64,000 nt of DNA from Macrostomum hystrix (lineage: Eukaryota > Animalia > Platyhelminthes): assembly GCA_950097015.1 (NCBI GenBank), contig CATNEN010000038.1:33914001-33978000 (forward strand), written 5' to 3'. The notes below the pieces were generated by a model that saw nothing but the letters and a program-made list of their open reading frames with translations, was not told the origin of the DNA and did not search any database. Each line of letters opens with the position of its first letter. The stretch's first letter is position 1. Shown piece after piece: positions 61,613-64,000 of this stretch. The position numbers and the translations under genes are program-made.

Positions 61613-62525
61613 TTCTAGTTCTCAGAACTCTAATATCTAGTTCTCACAGCTCTCTAATATCTATTCTAACAGCTCTTTAATCTCCAGTTCTCACAGCTCT
61701 CTCATCTCTAGTTCTCACAGCTCTCATCACTAGTTCTCACAGCTCTCATCTCTAGTTCTCACAGCTCTCATCTCTAGTTCTCACAGCTCTCATCTCCAGT
61801 TCTCACAGCTCTCATCTCCAGTTCTCACAGCTCTCACCTCTAGTTCTCACAGCTCTCACAGCTCTCATCACTAGTTCTCACAGCTCTCACCTCTAGTTCT
61901 CACAGCTCTCACCTCTAGTTCTCACAGCTCTCATCACTAGTTCTCACAGCTCTCATCACTAGTTCTCACAGCTCTCATCACTAGTTCTCACAGCTCTCAT
62001 CACTAGTTCTCACAGCTCTCACCTCTAGTTCTCACAGCTCTCACAGCTCTCATCACTAGTTCTCACAGCTCTCTCATCTCCAGTTCTCACAGCTCTCACC
62101 TCTAGTTCTCCAAGCTCTCATCACTAGTTCTCACAGCTCTCATCACTAGTTCTCACAGCTCTCATCACTAGTTCTCACAGCTCTCATCACTAGTTCTCAC
62201 AGCTCTCACCTCTAGTTCTCACAGCTCTCACAGCTCTCATCACTAGTTCTCACAGCTCTCTCATCTCCAGTTCTCACAGCTCTCATCTCCAGTTCTCACA
62301 GCTCTCATCTCCAGTTCTCACAGCTCTCATCTCTAGTTCTCACAGCTCTCATCTCTAGTTCTCACAGCTCTCATCTCTAGTTCTCACAGCTCTCATCTCT
62401 AGTTCTCACAGCTCTCATCTCTAGTTCACACAGCTCTCATCTCGAGTTTTGACAGCTCTCTTATCTTTAGTTCTCACAGCTCTTATCACTAGTTCTTAAA
62501 CCTTAAATATCTAGTTCTTACAGCT
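61613..62525. repeat. ~22-bp minisatellite (CTAGTTCTCACAGCTCTCATCT)
   Basis: Tandem units read directly. Confidence 0.96.
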
Positions 62526-62667
62526 GTCATCTTACATAAGAAATCAGCAGTTAAAAACTCTAATAATAATTTTTTATGAACGTTTTGGCAACGTCAACGT
62601 TGAGCACACAATTACAGAGAACCATATTGTTGTTTTTCCTCTAGCCTCTGAGGCAACAAAATATCTA

Positions 62668-63036
62668 TTAACGAAACGCGTCCAGCATGAGCTGCTCAAC
62701 CTCGGCCCGGTGCAGCGAACCAATGCCAACCGCTGGGGCGGCCAGTTCCTTCCTGCCGGCGTAGCACAGGCCGGTCAAGCCTAGCTGATTTCGCAGCCGA
62801 GCCTCTACAAAGGACCAGGCGCCCATATTTCTGGGCTCCTCCTGGCTCCAAACAATCTGTCTGGCGCTCGGATACCTGGCTAATTGAGCGTGAACATCGT
62901 GCAGAGGAAACGGTGACAATTGTTCAAGCCGGATGATGGCCGTATCTGATATGCTCTTTGATTTTCGATATTCATCCAGAGCGTAATAGTGCTTGCCGGA
63001 GCATAGGATCACGCGAGCCACTTTGCTGTCCGAGAT
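62668..63036 (-). CDS. DHTKD1: 2-oxoadipate dehydrogenase E1 (DHTKD1), last exon
   Basis: CSGKHYYAL, IIRLEQLSPFP, WSQEEPRNMGAWSFV and PAVGIGSLH (DHTKD1-type rather than OGDH-type); acceptor tttcag| phase 0. Confidence 0.93.
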   Translation of the reverse strand: MSDSKVARVILCSGKHYYALDEYRKSKSISDTAIIRLEQLSPFPLHDVHAQLARYPSARQIVWSQEEPRNMGAWSFVEARLRNQLGLTGLCYAGRKELAAPAVGIGSLHRAEVEQLMLDAFR

Positions 63037-63144
63037 CTGAAATAAAGACATTTTTAACCTTAGCATTTTTTTCAACAGATCAATTAAATTAGCGGCGAAT
63101 ATACATTCGGGGAAAGGAAGTAGGCGAAAAGTGTACAATTCTAG

Positions 63145-63500
63145 GTGGAAGGAATTTAGCGGTGAGTCTACATTTGAGGGGGGCAAGGAAGTTAGCGGCG
63201 AGTGTACATTTGAGGGGGTAGGGAATTTAGCTGTGAGTGTACATTTGAGGGGGGCAAGGAAGTTAGCGGCGAGTGTACATTTGAGGGGGTAGGGAATTTA
63301 GCTGTGAATGCACATTTGAGGGGGGCAAGGAAGTTAGCGGCGAGTGTACATTTGAGGGGGTAGGGAATTTAGCTGTGAGTGTACATTTGAGGGGAGCAAA
63401 GAAGTTAGCGGTGAGTGTAAATTTTAGGGGCTGGGAAAGTTCTGTGAATGTACATATGAGGGGGACTTAGAGTGTACATTTGCCGGACAAGAAATTAAGC
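63145..63500. repeat. Degenerate ~37-38-bp minisatellite (GAGTGTACATTTGAGGGGG...TTAGCGG)
   Basis: Alternating tandem units in the last DHTKD1 intron. Confidence 0.88.
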
Positions 63501-63697
63501 GGTTAGTGAACATTTAGGACGATAAAAATTTTGCCTCGCGTGCATATTGAGGTTAAAGACGTTAGAGGTGAGCGCAATTTGGAGGGAAGGAAGTAATCAG
63601 ATTGCGAACATTAGGAGGAGCACTAAAAACATTAGTAACTTGGGGGAGTTGTAGTCTTGTAGATTCAAAGAGTCTTATAAAACTGATTTAAACTAAC

Positions 63698-63883
63698 TGT
63701 TTGATCCGGCAGCACGTGTTGAAAGTGCCGGCCGGGTGCCAGTTCGTCCAGGCTGGAGATAGCGGCCGGGTGACGCAACAGAGTCTTGGGGCTGACAACT
63801 ATCAGCGGCTTGCGAAAGTTGCGACCAATTATTTGGCGACGGAGTAGGTGAAAGTATTGTGCCGGAGTGGTTGGATTGACGAC
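63698..63883 (-). CDS. DHTKD1: DHTKD1, penultimate exon (gene continues beyond the window)
   Basis: [39 protein letters not shown]; phase 0/0. Confidence 0.93.
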
Positions 63884-64000
63884 CTTGGTGTAAAGAGTCA
63901 GGGTGAGAAATGGATGAGATCACAGTAGGAAATAAACGAGAATCACAGTAGAAAATAAACGAGAATCACAGTAGAAAATAAATGAGAACCACAGTAACAA

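Overview
This is eukaryotic (animal) genomic DNA, not prokaryotic: GT-AG spliced genes are separated by, and filled with, about 30 different minisatellite arrays. The repeat load, GC-rich exons and poly-Q/poly-A proteins suggest a free-living flatworm such as Macrostomum (inference only). I reconstructed eight spliced gene models by hand with phase-consistent splice sites: a secreted/GPI-type alpha-carbonic anhydrase (-), a GT32 DxD glycosyltransferase (-), an ankyrin-less ANKS1-like SAM-SAM-PTB adaptor (+), and a co-oriented minus-strand run of DHTKD1 (3' end), an MPP8/MPHOSPH8-like chromo-ankyrin protein, FAIM, a transmembrane copine-vWA protein and PRPSAP. The window also holds an internally deleted P-element/THAP9-family transposon with perfect 31-bp TIRs, two tRNA-derived SINE families and an unclassified interspersed repeat. 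Most long ORFs in the track are satellite artefacts. The best leads are: a full-architecture MPP8 (HUSH-type) candidate in an invertebrate; a possible trans-spliced operon; an in-frame duplicated exon; an intron satellite that lacks AG/GT and amplifies a branch-point motif; and inverted satellites flanking one exon. All homology calls come from motif recognition; no database search was run.
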